Numbered from the stretch's first letter, positions 9,182 through 19,977 are shown. The stretch is DNA of 64,000 nucleotides from Chloroflexota bacterium (GCA_013388855.1 JACAEM010000004.1:101113-165112); one strand, 5' to 3'. Program-made: numbers and translations. The notes: a model not told the origin generated them from the letters alone.

Positions 9182-9979
9182 TTATGCTACAGTTTTTGCC
9201 TGCCCCAAACCACTGGCAGCTCCACGGCCGAGATACGCCTCGATCACATGGGGGTCGTTTTGGATTTCGACTGGGGTCCCTTCTGCGATTTTTTCGCCGA
9301 AATCCAGCACGGTGATCTTCTCGGAAATGCTCATAACCACCCGCATCTGATGTTCGATGAGCAATATGGTGATTTCAAATTCATCGCGCAGGCGGCGGAT
9401 GAAGTGCACCATCTCCTGTGTTTCACTGGGATTCATACCCGCTGTCGGCTCATCCAGAAGCAGGAGCTTGGGCCGGCTTGCCAGGGCGCGGGCAATCTCC
9501 AACCGTCGCTGGGCGCCATAGGGCAGATTCATTGCCATCATGTCGCCCTTCCCGCGCAAACCGACAAATTGCAACAGGCGCTTGGCTTCCTCAATCGACG
9601 CTTTTTCCTCTTCCCGGGTGCGCCGGTCCCGTATGATGCTACCGATCAATCCGGACTTCAGATGTGGATGCATTCCGACAAGAATATTCTCCACCGAAGT
9701 CATGTTCTTGAACAACCGGATGTTCTGGTATGTACGCGAGACACCCAAATGTGTGACCCGATCCGGGGAAAGTCCGGTGACGTTCTTACCGTCGACCAAG
9801 ATCGTGCCTTCCTCCGGGGTGTAAAATCCGGTGACACAATTGAAGAAAGTCGTTTTTCCGGCGCCGTTGGGGCCAATAATGCTGTGGATCGCCTTTTCCT
9901 TGACATCCAGCTCGATCTTGCTCAGCGCATCAAGCCCGCCGAACCGCTTCGTAACTCCCTTTGCAACAAGAATGGACAT
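9182..9979 (-). CDS. livG: branched-chain amino acid ABC transporter ATP-binding protein
   Basis: Motifs are GPNGAGKTT and LLLLDEPTAGMNP, with a LivG-type C-terminal segment. Confidence 0.9.
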   Translation of the reverse strand: MSILVAKGVTKRFGGLDALSKIELDVKEKAIHSIIGPNGAGKTTFFNCVTGFYTPEEGTILVDGKNVTGLSPDRVTHLGVSRTYQNIRLFKNMTSVENILVGMHPHLKSGLIGSIIRDRRTREEEKASIEEAKRLLQFVGLRGKGDMMAMNLPYGAQRRLEIARALASRPKLLLLDEPTAGMNPSETQEMVHFIRRLRDEFEITILLIEHQMRVVMSISEKITVLDFGEKIAEGTPVEIQNDPHVIEAYLGRGAASGLGQAKTVA

Positions 9980-9994
9980 TCTGTCATCTCCTCG

Positions 9995-11698
9995 CTACTT
10001 CGTGGTTTCCGTTGCCGCGGACTCGGCATCTGCCAACTCTTGCGCTTCTTTTTCGAGTTCTTCTTCGTGCAACTCGAGTCGGCGCCGCGCATCAGGCCAC
10101 AGCCCTTCGGGTCTCGTCAGCATCATAACGACAAGCAGGGCGCCATACACGAGATAGCGGTATTCGGCAAATTCGCGTAGAAGCTCAGGGGAACCCATCA
10201 ACACCAGAGAACCGACAAAAACGCCGGGAATACTGCCCATGCCCCCAATAATGATCAGGCTTAACACGTTGATGGAAACCAGGAAGTTCATACTGTGAGG
10301 ATAGACCGACTGTAGTTTGGCGGCAAAGATCGTCCCCGCGATGCCCGAGAACAGCGCACCGGTGGCGAAAGCCATGAGCTTTGTAGCCACATGGTTGATG
10401 CCCATTGCTATAGCAACATCTTCATCCTCTCTCAATGCCATCCAGGTGCGTCCCATCCGCGAGTCTCTCAAACGCCAGGCGATAAACGCCACAATGCCCA
10501 CTCCCAACAGGAAAAGATAATATAACTCCTGTTGTGTGTTCAGTACAAAATTCCCGATTGTTGGCTGGGCGATCAATTGGATTCCCTGGGAGCCTCCGAA
10601 CCAGGGTCTCAGCCAGTCAGAAAGCGCAAGAAGGCGGACGATCTCGCCAAAGCCCAGCGTGACGATGGCAAGGTAGTCGCCGCGCATTTTCAACACCGGC
10701 AGACCAAGAATCATGCCAGAAACGACGCAGGCGATCATCGCGAAGGGGAGCGCCTGCCAATAGGTCATCGGGTCAGCGTTCAACTCCGGGGAAGTCAAAA
10801 CGCCCATGGTATAGGCGCCGATTGCAAAGAATGCCACATACCCCAAGTCAAGCAATCCGGCAAAGCCAACGACAATGTTCAATCCAATCCCCATCAAGAT
10901 ATACATGAAGACTGTGTCCAGAATGTCGCTGAAAAAGATGCCCAGGATGGGGGGAAGTAATAGAAGAAGGACGCCAAGCCCGATCCACTTCGCATAATAG
11001 ATAAGAGGACGTTCCTTGGTCTGGGCGGGTTTTACGACAGGTGCCGGTCTTCCACTGCGCCAATAATTCAGCCCTGCGATAAGCGCAAACAATAAAATGG
11101 CTCCGAGCGGTTTAAGTCCACTGTTGGCGAAGAATAACCTGACCAGCCCTGCCAGTGGGCCCCAGCGTGATGTGACCGTGATAATGAGATCGCGCATCAA
11201 ACCGATGAGAAGTATCCAGGACACTCCCTGAATGATTGCCGTCGCAACTCGTTGCGGGAGGAGGACTATTCCACTTGCCAGCACACCCATTACCATGCAG
11301 ATTGCAATCAGAATCAACAACCCTGGCACCAACGGCTGGTTGAATGTCAGGATATTATGCAGGATGGGGGATGAATTGACGAACATGGCCTGCAGATCAA
11401 CATTTTTGCCAATCACGACGAGCGCGGCTAGGACCACCCCGCCCACAAGTCCGGTAAATAGCCCGGAAAGTATCACTTGCTGCCGGGATTGCGGGGCCGT
11501 GCGGCGGAGGAGCGAATAGGCCATTAACAGGATCGGAGCGAGAAAGATGACCTGTCCCATCGAGAAGACCCCGCTGATAATGAACCGGTCTTTAAAGGTT
11601 GCAACCATCCCGACCAGGGATAATAGCACGGACACGGCGCCGGCAATCACGCCTGCTTGCAGCGGTTGTTTCCAGGGTGAAGAGGATGGAGAATCCAT
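9995..11698 (-). CDS. livM: branched-chain amino acid ABC permease with ~220-aa extra N-terminal membrane domain
   Basis: The C-terminal ~340 aa is LivM-like (GLNIVVGFAGLLDLGYVAFFAIGAYT). The N-terminal ~220 aa consists of additional hydrophobic helices. AGGAGG lies upstream of ATG 11698. Confidence 0.85.
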   Translation of the reverse strand: MDSPSSSPWKQPLQAGVIAGAVSVLLSLVGMVATFKDRFIISGVFSMGQVIFLAPILLMAYSLLRRTAPQSRQQVILSGLFTGLVGGVVLAALVVIGKNVDLQAMFVNSSPILHNILTFNQPLVPGLLILIAICMVMGVLASGIVLLPQRVATAIIQGVSWILLIGLMRDLIITVTSRWGPLAGLVRLFFANSGLKPLGAILLFALIAGLNYWRSGRPAPVVKPAQTKERPLIYYAKWIGLGVLLLLLPPILGIFFSDILDTVFMYILMGIGLNIVVGFAGLLDLGYVAFFAIGAYTMGVLTSPELNADPMTYWQALPFAMIACVVSGMILGLPVLKMRGDYLAIVTLGFGEIVRLLALSDWLRPWFGGSQGIQLIAQPTIGNFVLNTQQELYYLFLLGVGIVAFIAWRLRDSRMGRTWMALREDEDVAIAMGINHVATKLMAFATGALFSGIAGTIFAAKLQSVYPHSMNFLVSINVLSLIIIGGMGSIPGVFVGSLVLMGSPELLREFAEYRYLVYGALLVVMMLTRPEGLWPDARRRLELHEEELEKEAQELADAESAATETTK

Positions 11699-11708
11699 GT
11701 CCTGCCTC

Positions 11709-12770
11709 CTAGGCCTTTGCCTGTGTTAATCGTTCACCAAGAATGCCTGATGGACGGAAAATCAAGATGAAAACAAGGATCGTGAAAGCAATTGCATCTT
11801 TCAGCTGGTATGCGGCTGGAATTCCCAGACCGTCAAGGAACAGGCTAGGCCCAACCGATTCGAGCAACCCAAGGACCATTGCACCGAGAAAGGCGCCCGG
11901 CACATTGCCAATACCACCCAACACTGCGGCGGTGAATGCTTTCAGCCCTGGGAAAAATCCCATATAAAAGTGAGCCACAGGGAACAATAGCAGGTAGAGA
12001 ATTCCAGCCAACCCGGCGGCGGCGCCTCCCAGAGCGAAAGTGGTTGCGATGGTTCGGTTGACATCGATTCCCATAAGTGCTGCGACTTCCTTGTCTTCCG
12101 ACACGGACCTCATGGCTTTCCCCATCTTGGTTCTTTGTACGATGGCGTAAAGGATCAACATAAGGATAATGGCTCCGATGATGGCGGCTGCCTGCGTTTT
12201 GAAAACGCGGATCCCGGCGATCATCCAAAAGCCTTTGAAGATATCCATTTCCGGGTACCCCTTCAGACCAGACCCGTAGAGTCCTCTGAAGGTGTATTGA
12301 AGGAAGAAAGATGCCCCAATGGCGGTGATCAATGGAACCAGGCGCGGAGCGTTGCGAAGGGGACGATAGGCAATACGCTCAACCAGGATCGCGATCAAGG
12401 CGGATACCCCCGCCGAGATCGCCAGGACAATCAACAAGCTAAGCACGGGAAATCTATTCCACCAGCCGAGCCGAACAAGTGCATCTGCTGCAAATGCAGC
12501 GGTAAAAGGTCCGCTCATGAAAACTTCGCTATGGGCAAAATTGATCATGCGCAAAATGCCATATACGAGCGTGTACCCCAAAGCGATGAGCGCATATACA
12601 CCACCCAGCGCCAACCCGGTAATGGCAAGGTCGATCCAGGTCTCTGTGGTGTATTTTCCAAGTGCCAAAGTTTTGGCAGAACCGTAAACCACCATTACCG
12701 CGATGGCGATTCCAATGGTCCAAATGACAATATCTGTTGCAGTAATCCGCTGGCGCCAGGTTCTTAACAT
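11709..12770 (-). CDS. livH: branched-chain amino acid ABC permease
   Basis: LivH-like core (LALGGVYALIALGYTLVYGILRMINFAHSE). AGGAG lies upstream of the ATG. Confidence 0.9.
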   Translation of the reverse strand: MLRTWRQRITATDIVIWTIGIAIAVMVVYGSAKTLALGKYTTETWIDLAITGLALGGVYALIALGYTLVYGILRMINFAHSEVFMSGPFTAAFAADALVRLGWWNRFPVLSLLIVLAISAGVSALIAILVERIAYRPLRNAPRLVPLITAIGASFFLQYTFRGLYGSGLKGYPEMDIFKGFWMIAGIRVFKTQAAAIIGAIILMLILYAIVQRTKMGKAMRSVSEDKEVAALMGIDVNRTIATTFALGGAAAGLAGILYLLLFPVAHFYMGFFPGLKAFTAAVLGGIGNVPGAFLGAMVLGLLESVGPSLFLDGLGIPAAYQLKDAIAFTILVFILIFRPSGILGERLTQAKA

Positions 12771-12800
12771 CTTCTACTCCTGTCGATATGCTTTTATAAA

Positions 12801-12830
12801 GCGAGGGGCGAAAGTTCTTTCGCCCCTCGC
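12801..12830 (-). promoter_or_regulatory. intercistronic stem-loop between the binding-protein gene and livH
   Basis: GCGAGGGGCGAAAG / CTTTCGCCCCTCGC form a near-perfect 14-bp palindrome with a 2-3 nt loop and no clear U tract. The position is typical of partial terminators or mRNA stabilisers that raise binding-protein expression. Confidence 0.55.
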
Positions 12831-12854
12831 CAGTCTTGCTGTCAGACTTGAGGG

Positions 12855-14072
12855 TTACGGCCAGATGCGCTCGGGCGGATACTCGCCAACATGATATTCG
12901 TACACGGCAATCTTCGGATCGGCGCAGTCACCGGTCGGTGTGCAGGTTAAGTTGCCGGTCAACCCCGCGAAATCCTTGGTGGCGTATACGGCATCGCGTA
13001 AAGCCTGGCGGGGGATATGAAGCGTTCCATCTTCATCTTGCACTGCTACTTTTTCGATCGCAGCGAAAATGATGTTGGCGGCATCGAAAGCATGGGCATG
13101 GAAGATGCTGACAGGCTCATCCACACCAGCCAGTTCCTTGTATTTCGGCAGGAACACGGTCTGATAGTCAGCGCTGAAAGCGGCCAGGTCGGGGCTGGAA
13201 ACGAATAACCCTTCCACCTGCTCGCCTGCACCCTCAACCACGTCGGGTGAGAACATGCCATCGGCGCCCATCAGGTAGACGCTCTCCAACCCGGGGACTT
13301 CCTTGGCCTGGCGGGTGATCAAGCTTCCTGCCTTGACGAAGATCGGGAGGTAGATGAATTCCGGACCGCCAGCGGCGATACTGGTGAGAACCGACTTGAA
13401 GTCGGTGGCATTCGGGTCAACAGCTTCCTGTGTGGTAATCTCACCGCCAAGTTCCTGGAAGGTCTTGGCGAAGACTGCCTGCAAGCTTTCGGCGTAGAGC
13501 GAACCATCATGAATGGTCGCGGCCTTCCTCACACCCATTTTCTCATAGGCGAACTGAGCGGCGGCGGCGCCCTGTACCTCATCGTTGTGGGCGGTGCGCA
13601 GGTAGCCAGGGTGATTGTTGGGATCACCAGCGCGGGTGAGGTCGGGAGCGGTGTTGGACGCCGAGATGATTACGAAACCAGCCTGCGAGAGCAGAGGCAC
13701 AGCGACACGGGCGGCGCTGGAGCAGGAAGTTCCGAACACGGCAATGATGGTCGGATCGGCAGCCAGTTTGGTGCCGGCAGCCTGACCGCCTTCGGCGGAG
13801 CAGCCATCGTCTTCACCGGTCAGGGAAATGTCGTGACCGAGCAGTTTTCCCTTGAGGGCAATGGCGACCTCGACACCGGTGCGTGAGTCGATACCGAGGG
13901 TCTCATCCGGTCCTGAAATGACCATGGCATAGGCAAGGTGAATGGGCTCACCGGGGGCAACCGTTACACACCCAATTGCGTCAGTGCATTCGTATGGTGC
14001 GGGTCCACAAGCGGGAAGCAACATACTTACGGCCAGAAGCACTGAAAGTAATACGAGCAAACGCTTGTTCAT
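12855..14072 (-). CDS. livK: branched-chain amino acid ABC substrate-binding lipoprotein (type I periplasmic binding fold)
   Basis: Signal peptide with LLPAC lipobox, Leu/Ile/Val-binding-like sequence, GGAGG upstream. It is the first gene of the liv operon. Confidence 0.88.
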   Translation of the reverse strand: MNKRLLVLLSVLLAVSMLLPACGPAPYECTDAIGCVTVAPGEPIHLAYAMVISGPDETLGIDSRTGVEVAIALKGKLLGHDISLTGEDDGCSAEGGQAAGTKLAADPTIIAVFGTSCSSAARVAVPLLSQAGFVIISASNTAPDLTRAGDPNNHPGYLRTAHNDEVQGAAAAQFAYEKMGVRKAATIHDGSLYAESLQAVFAKTFQELGGEITTQEAVDPNATDFKSVLTSIAAGGPEFIYLPIFVKAGSLITRQAKEVPGLESVYLMGADGMFSPDVVEGAGEQVEGLFVSSPDLAAFSADYQTVFLPKYKELAGVDEPVSIFHAHAFDAANIIFAAIEKVAVQDEDGTLHIPRQALRDAVYATKDFAGLTGNLTCTPTGDCADPKIAVYEYHVGEYPPERIWP

Positions 14073-14356
14073 TCTTACTCCTCCAATGTGGTTGACTGAA
14101 TTACGATTCCCGCCTTAGCGGGTTTCACAAACGAGCCGACAAAGCAAAAATGTCAGTATCACCTCCTTTGAATGGAGTATTGACAAAAACCCATTTAGCA
14201 AAAAGCCGGAGAAAATCCCCTCCATGGGCTAGAAATTCTCGCGGCTCTGAAAATGGCGCACCAGTGAATAACTTGTGCAACAAATAAGCATTGTATTTAT
14301 AAGTTCTAATGTTAAGTGAAATTTTGCAGGGGGTCAAGTACCATTTTATTGGACTT

Positions 14357-14860
14357 TCACTTTTTATCCTGGGGTGTATATAACAATTGCTCCCGAATGC
14401 GCAGGTCGGTATTTCGGATTTTCATTGCCAAATCTGCCGCGAGGTTATACATCAGGCGGTAGCCCAACTGAGGATAGGTATCGCACAGCATGATCAGCTT
14501 GTCGCGCGGGATGATCAGGAGCCGGGTATCCTTTTGTGAAGCGCAGGCGGAAGCCGAGCGCAGACCTTCATCCACAAGGGCTACTTCACCAAACGACTGA
14601 CCGCGTCGGAGCGTGGCAATGACTTTATTTTCGCTTCCCAGGTCCACCGAACTCACGAGGGATGGATCTACAAAAATATCCACCTCCCCCTGAACGATCA
14701 CATATAGTTCCTTGCTGCTGCTGTTTTCCTTGAAGATCAGATCGTCCTTTTGGAACGTCACTTCCTGACAGAGATTCGCCACCAATTCCAACTGGGTGGG
14801 GGTGAATTGAAAGAAAATATCGCTTTGCTTCAGGGAGTTGACAATGGAAATGGTGGACAC
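14357..14860 (-). CDS. stand-alone cyclic nucleotide-binding domain protein
   Basis: cNMP-binding motifs are FGEVALVDEGLRSASA and the beta-barrel pattern. The start is GTG, with GGAGG 5 nt upstream. Confidence 0.8.
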   Translation of the reverse strand: MSTISIVNSLKQSDIFFQFTPTQLELVANLCQEVTFQKDDLIFKENSSSKELYVIVQGEVDIFVDPSLVSSVDLGSENKVIATLRRGQSFGEVALVDEGLRSASACASQKDTRLLIIPRDKLIMLCDTYPQLGYRLMYNLAADLAMKIRNTDLRIREQLLYTPQDKK

Positions 14861-14919
14861 AAGGACCTCCAGAATGTTTTTAGTGTAGCATAAACAGGGA
14901 TGAAGTGCAACGATTCATC

Positions 14920-16317
14920 CTACGGATAGGCCTGATTCAGCCAATCGAGCGGATTCACCTGAATGCCGTTTACCCACACCTCCCAATGCAAATGAGCCCC
15001 CGTCACCCGTCCCGTGCCTCCTACCAAGCCAATTACCTGACCCTGTTCCACCATGTCGCCGACATTGACCAGTATCTGGGATTGGTGCCAGAAACCGCTG
15101 TAGACACCCCAACCGTGGTCGATGATAGTCGCGTATCCGCGTACGGTTAGCGGCGCGGCAAAGACGACCTTCCCGGGCGCGGGAGCAAAGATCTGCAAGC
15201 CCTCTCCGCCTGCAAAATCGAGACCGGTATGAAATCCCTCGGTGGTCAGGTCGCTCCCGGTGCCGTAATACGTCCTGCGGGTCCCATATCGGGAAGTGTA
15301 CTCATCCGGGTAAACGGCAGGGGAAGAAAATATCCCATTCCAGAATTTTGTTGGACTGGCCGGGTTGGTGATCGCCAAGATGTTTTGGTTTTCCGGTTCT
15401 GTCACCGTCGGATCGATGGTCTCCGCAGGGACATATAATTCTTCGCTGTAATAATTCCCCGAAGTAACAAGCACCATCTGCTCAAAAGATTGTTTTGTCC
15501 CATCTGCAAGCGTTGCCTCCACCCTGAGCGGATAGACACCCGGCTCCAGCAGCGCGTGGACGCCTTGCAGAGCGATTTGCTCATTGTTGTCAGACACAAA
15601 GAAATGGAGCGGCATATCCACAAGCGTTCCCGATGCCGGAACGTTATTCTGGGTTTGCACGCGGATGACCTCGGTGCCGCCCTGCACCATTGGCAACGGT
15701 TGAATGCTCGCGCTCAAAAATGCAGACGGTAACCCCGCTGCGTTGCCGCCGCTTCCAGCCGTGGGGGAGTACAACACATCGCCGGGAAGTGTATCCCAGG
15801 TGCCGCTGATCTTGTTGATGGATGCCAGCGTCCACGGGTCGCTGTTTTGTTTGACTGCCAGTTCCAGCAGGGATTCGCCCGCCGCCGCACTCATCCGTGT
15901 GGAGAGGCTCGCCCGACCCTCCTGTGTGGGAATAATCAGGCTGACACCCACGTACAATTCAGTGGGGCTGATTAAGCGGTTCAATTTCTTCAACTGTTCA
16001 TCCGGAACCTGCGTGCGCCGGGTAAGACTGCGCAATGAATCTCCAAAGGCGATGACCTCCGTTTCGAGCACGCCGGTCACCCCCTCCAGTCCGGGGATGA
16101 TGATCTGTTGTCCTTGATTGAGGAAGTTTGGATCGATGGACGGGTTTGCCGTTATCAGATCATTCACCGTCACATTGAAGCGCGATGCAATGAAGGAAAG
16201 CGTGTCGCCGGGCTGAACGATATAGACAGGTCCGCTCACCTGTGCTGAGACAGGCTGGACCACGAAGCTTGACATGAGGATGAAGAGCAGCAGGAGAATG
16301 GAAAGTCGTTTATACAT
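14920..16317 (-). CDS. LysM domain-containing M23 family metallopeptidase
   Basis: The LysM motif is YIVQPGDTLSFIASRFNVTVNDLITAN. The M23 motifs are HTGLDFAG and GAHLHWEV. The start was set at ATG 16317 (MYKRLSILLLLF, signal/anchor). Confidence 0.85.
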   Translation of the reverse strand: MYKRLSILLLLFILMSSFVVQPVSAQVSGPVYIVQPGDTLSFIASRFNVTVNDLITANPSIDPNFLNQGQQIIIPGLEGVTGVLETEVIAFGDSLRSLTRRTQVPDEQLKKLNRLISPTELYVGVSLIIPTQEGRASLSTRMSAAAGESLLELAVKQNSDPWTLASINKISGTWDTLPGDVLYSPTAGSGGNAAGLPSAFLSASIQPLPMVQGGTEVIRVQTQNNVPASGTLVDMPLHFFVSDNNEQIALQGVHALLEPGVYPLRVEATLADGTKQSFEQMVLVTSGNYYSEELYVPAETIDPTVTEPENQNILAITNPASPTKFWNGIFSSPAVYPDEYTSRYGTRRTYYGTGSDLTTEGFHTGLDFAGGEGLQIFAPAPGKVVFAAPLTVRGYATIIDHGWGVYSGFWHQSQILVNVGDMVEQGQVIGLVGGTGRVTGAHLHWEVWVNGIQVNPLDWLNQAYP

Positions 16318-16681
16318 CCGTGAAATGCACCGTGTCACCGATTTCGAAGTCTCCCCATCGTTCGGGATGAATTTCAATCACATATTTCGCCGGTTTTTTT
16401 GAGACATACATGGGATGCCAGGATTTGGCGAGTACCTTGTCTACCACTTTCATTTCGGTGTTGACCCACAGCACGGTCAGATCAAAAGCCACAAAGAACA
16501 TGTGGATGGAGGACTCAAGGCGGGAATCACGTGTCCCAACGAGGACCAACCCCTCGTCTCGCGAGAGGCGGGATCGGAACATCAGTCCGCGTAACTGCGT
16601 GAGAAAGGTGTCGCAATATTTTAATTGCAACCTTCCATTCAACTCCCGATCCCTGTTTTTGATCGCAACGCTTTTGGGCAT
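16310..16681 (-). CDS. DUF192 family protein
   Basis: The size and sequence pattern (RGLMFR...GLVL...IHMFFV.FDLTVLW) are typical of DUF192. It overlaps the downstream peptidase gene by 8 nt. Confidence 0.7.
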   Translation of the reverse strand: MPKSVAIKNRDRELNGRLQLKYCDTFLTQLRGLMFRSRLSRDEGLVLVGTRDSRLESSIHMFFVAFDLTVLWVNTEMKVVDKVLAKSWHPMYVSKKPAKYVIEIHPERWGDFEIGDTVHFTDV

Positions 16682-16692
16682 AGTGCAGGTTC

Positions 16693-16719
16693 AAAAACGA
16701 GGCGTCTTGCGCCTCGTTT
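16693..16719 (-). terminator. intrinsic terminator after the response regulator gene
   Basis: The minus strand has AAACGAGGCG caag CGCCTCGTTT followed by TTGAA. The stem begins at the stop codon. Confidence 0.7.
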
Positions 16720-17104
16720 ACGCTTTGGATTTCAGCACCTTTTCGACGCTGTTCATCAGATCCGTGGGGCTGAACGGCTTGGCGATGTAGTCGTCCACCT
16801 TGGCGATGTGCAAGCCAAGCACCCGGTCAATGCTCTGTGCCTTGGCGGTGACAACGATGACAGGGATGTTCCTGGTTTTTTCGTCGGCTTTCATCTGCTG
16901 GTATACTTCCCAACCATCCATATCGGGCATCATCAGGTCGAGCAGGACCAGATCGGGCGCTTCCTCGCGGATCATCTTCAAGCCTTCCACGCCGCCGGTT
17001 GCCCCTTTCACTTCAAATCCGCGGCGTCCCAAAATGAGCCTCATCAGGTCGATCATTTCAGGTTCGTCTTCGACACACAAAATGCATTTAAGTTTTGCGT
17101 TCAT
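16718..17104 (-). CDS. single-domain response regulator (CheY-like receiver)
   Basis: Contains DLVLLDLMMPDMDGWEV, a conserved T/K pattern and no output domain. Confidence 0.9.
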   Translation of the reverse strand: MNAKLKCILCVEDEPEMIDLMRLILGRRGFEVKGATGGVEGLKMIREEAPDLVLLDLMMPDMDGWEVYQQMKADEKTRNIPVIVVTAKAQSIDRVLGLHIAKVDDYIAKPFSPTDLMNSVEKVLKSKA

Positions 17105-17184
17105 AATACTTTTTTATGTAGTTTACCACAGCATGGCCGTCCTGTGGACGGGCAAAGCCAGTCTTGTGGGATAAAGCAAAAACA

Positions 17185-17946
17185 ATGAAGATAATCACAT
17201 GGAACGTCAACGGACTGCGCGCTGTCCTGGGAAAACAGGGACTCGACTGGGCATGGCGGGAGCGCCCCGATGTGCTTTGCCTGCAGGAGATTAAATCCCG
17301 CCCCGACCAGTTGCCGGAAAGCCAGCGCGATTTTCCCGGTTACGAGGCGGTCTGGAATCCAGCCGAGCGCGCAGGATACAGTGGAGTCGCGACCCTTTTG
17401 CGGACTCCCGCTTTGGAGACCCGGTTGGGTATGGATGCGCCTCGTTTTGACACAGAAGGGCGCGTCATTTCCACGCTCCACACCGGATTCCGTTTGTTCA
17501 ATATTTACTTCCCGAACGGACAACGCGGCAAAGACCGCCTCGATTACAAACTGGATTTCTATGCCCACTTGCTCGAACAGTGCGATACCCTCCACGCAAG
17601 AGGGGAGAATCTCATCATCACTGGCGATTTCAATACCGCCCATCGCCCCATCGACCTGAAAAACCCGAAACAGAACGAGAAAAACTCCGGTTTTTTGCCT
17701 GAAGAGCGTGAATGGGTGCAGAAATTCCTTGACCACGGCTTCGTGGACATTTACCGCCATTTGTACCCGGAGCGCATCCAATACACTTGGTGGACCTATA
17801 TCGGTAATGCCCGCCAGCGCAACGTCGGTTGGCGGCTGGACTATTTCCTCGTTTCCGAGGCCCTGATTCCCCGGGTAAAAGATGTGGTTATCCGGGATGA
17901 AATCCATGGCTCGGACCACTGCCCGGTGGAGTTGGTCATCGAGTAA
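17185..17946 (+). CDS. xth: exodeoxyribonuclease III
   Basis: Contains MKIITWNVNGLRA, LCLQEIK and GSDHCPV. The start was set at ATG 17185. Confidence 0.9.
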   Translation: MKIITWNVNGLRAVLGKQGLDWAWRERPDVLCLQEIKSRPDQLPESQRDFPGYEAVWNPAERAGYSGVATLLRTPALETRLGMDAPRFDTEGRVISTLHTGFRLFNIYFPNGQRGKDRLDYKLDFYAHLLEQCDTLHARGENLIITGDFNTAHRPIDLKNPKQNEKNSGFLPEEREWVQKFLDHGFVDIYRHLYPERIQYTWWTYIGNARQRNVGWRLDYFLVSEALIPRVKDVVIRDEIHGSDHCPVELVIE

Positions 17947-18051
17947 GAGCGGGGTGATTTTCTGCATCCAAGCCCCTGATTCCCTTGCGGATTGGCAATA
18001 TTAGAGAAATGTATAAAGATTTCCAGCAGGCTATTCCTGCATCCCCCATGT

Positions 18052-18060
18052 TGGTATAAT
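18052..18060 (+). promoter_or_regulatory. extended -10 promoter TGGTATAAT upstream of ftsH
   Basis: TGGTATAAT lies 28 nt upstream of the GTG start. GGAGG is 5 nt before the start. Confidence 0.4.
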
Positions 18061-18088
18061 CCCGCTTGGAATTATATTTGGAGGCACA

Positions 18089-19972
18089 GTGAACCCTAGA
18101 AACCAATCGTTCGTAGTGACTTTATTGTTGATTGTCGCGGCAGTCACCATGGTGGTCATGGCTTTGAACCGGGAGTCAACCACGGAAAGCGCGTTAACGA
18201 TCAACGAGGTCGCCCGCGATATCAAGGCAGGCCAGGTTGCCCGCGTTGTCATCAAGAATAATGGCAGTTTGCGCGTGATATACAATACCGGGGATGAGAC
18301 CCAGACCCAGACCGGGGTGGAAGCTTATAAGGAAAACGACTCCACTCTCGTCCAGCAGTTGGTGAGCCTTGGTGTGACCCCTGAACAACTCTCGGCGGAT
18401 AATATCAAAATCGAAGTGGAAGCCCCATCCATCTGGGATGGTGCGCTCGGCGGCTTCTTCGCCTATCTCCTGCCTGTCCTTTTGATGGCGGGCGTGTTGT
18501 GGTTTATCTTCCGCCAGGCGCAGGGATCGAACAACGCCGCCATGTCGTTCGGAAAATCCCGGGCGCGCATGTTCAGCGGCGAGCATCCGACCGTCACCTT
18601 CCAGGATGTCGCCGGGGTGGAAGAATCCAAGCAGGAATTGGCGGAGGTCGTCGAATTCCTGAAAGAGCCGCAGAAGTTCATCCAGTTGGGCGCACGCATC
18701 CCGAAGGGCGTTTTGCTCGTCGGACCTCCGGGAACCGGCAAGACTCTGCTGGCAAAAGCCGTCTCCGGCGAAGCGGGAGTCCCGTTCTTCTCCATTTCCG
18801 GCTCTGAATTTGTGGAAATGTTTGTGGGCGTAGGCGCCAGCCGCGTCCGCGACTTGTTCGATCAAGCCAAGCGGCATTCGCCCTGCATCGTCTTCGTGGA
18901 TGAGATCGACGCGGTCGGTCGTCAGCGCGGAGCGGGACTGGGCGGCTCACACGATGAGCGCGAACAGACCCTCAACCAGATGCTTGTCGAAATGGACGGC
19001 TTCGACACCGACACGAATATCATCATCATCGCGGCGACCAACCGTCCCGATATTTTGGACCCGGCGTTACTGCGTCCCGGTCGCTTTGACCGCCGCGTCA
19101 CGCTCGACCGCCCCGATATGAAAGGGCGCGAAGCCATCCTGAAGGTGCATGTCAAAGGGAAACCGCTGGAGCCCTCGGTTGACCTGGCTTCGCTCGCGCG
19201 CGGTACACCCGGTTTCGTAGGCGCCGACCTTGAAAACCTTGTCAACGAAGGAGCCATTCTGGCAGCGCGCCGCAACAAGAAATCCATTGGTCAGCAGGAC
19301 TTGGAAGAAGCCATTGAGCGCGTCGTGATGGGACCGGAGCGTAAGTCGCGCTTGATCTCCGATGAAGAAAAACGCATCATTGCCTACCATGAGGCTGGTC
19401 ACGCTGTCGCGATGAACGCCATCCCCGAAGCGGATCCCGTTCAAAAAATCACCATTGTTGGACGTGGGCAGGCTGGCGGGCTGACGTGGTATCGTCCCGA
19501 AGACGACCGCATCCTGACCTCCCGCAAGAAGATGATTGCCTCGCTGGTCGGCTTGCTCGGCGGGCGCGTCGCGGAGGAACTTGTTTTCGACGATGTGACT
19601 TCTGGCGCCTCCAACGATATTGAGCGCGTGACGCAAATGGCGCGTATGATGGTCACCCGGCTGGGTATGTCCAGCGAATTGGGTTTGATGACCTACGGCC
19701 AGAAAGAGGAATTGATCTTCCTTGGACGCGAAATCTCCGAACAGCGCGATTATTCAGAAGCCGTCGCCGAAAAGATCGACGCCGAAGTCCGCAAGTTGGT
19801 GGATGATGCCTACAAGATGACCAGGAAAATTCTCACCAAATACCGCAAAGAATTGGATGCGGTTGCCCAAAAACTCCTGGAGGTGGAAACCCTCAATCGT
19901 GAGGAGTTCGAAGCGATTTTCCCGCCGCCGTTTCCCAAGAAAAGTGGCACCCCGCAAGTCCAACCTGCATAA
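18089..19972 (+). CDS. ftsH: ATP-dependent zinc metalloprotease FtsH
   Basis: Contains [13 protein letters not shown], the second region of homology and the HEAGHA zinc site. The start is GTG with GGAGG upstream. Confidence 0.96.
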   Translation: MNPRNQSFVVTLLLIVAAVTMVVMALNRESTTESALTINEVARDIKAGQVARVVIKNNGSLRVIYNTGDETQTQTGVEAYKENDSTLVQQLVSLGVTPEQLSADNIKIEVEAPSIWDGALGGFFAYLLPVLLMAGVLWFIFRQAQGSNNAAMSFGKSRARMFSGEHPTVTFQDVAGVEESKQELAEVVEFLKEPQKFIQLGARIPKGVLLVGPPGTGKTLLAKAVSGEAGVPFFSISGSEFVEMFVGVGASRVRDLFDQAKRHSPCIVFVDEIDAVGRQRGAGLGGSHDEREQTLNQMLVEMDGFDTDTNIIIIAATNRPDILDPALLRPGRFDRRVTLDRPDMKGREAILKVHVKGKPLEPSVDLASLARGTPGFVGADLENLVNEGAILAARRNKKSIGQQDLEEAIERVVMGPERKSRLISDEEKRIIAYHEAGHAVAMNAIPEADPVQKITIVGRGQAGGLTWYRPEDDRILTSRKKMIASLVGLLGGRVAEELVFDDVTSGASNDIERVTQMARMMVTRLGMSSELGLMTYGQKEELIFLGREISEQRDYSEAVAEKIDAEVRKLVDDAYKMTRKILTKYRKELDAVAQKLLEVETLNREEFEAIFPPPFPKKSGTPQVQPA

Positions 19973-19977
19973 ACAGA

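Noticed and set aside
14115-14169. In the livK leader, AAAGGAGGTGAT is a perfect 12-nt anti-16S-like SD. A possible BCAA-rich mini-ORF follows (GTG/CTG ...TFLLCRLVCETR).
   Set aside because: No canonical start codon lies at a workable spacing. GTG overlaps the SD, and only CTG or ATT are otherwise available. The following CCCGC/GCGGG hairpin has only 5 bp and no U tract. It cannot be called an attenuator.
14125-14337. 70-aa ORF in the livK upstream region.
   Set aside because: It has no SD, an odd composition and no motif, and it spans the probable promoter and leader of the liv operon.
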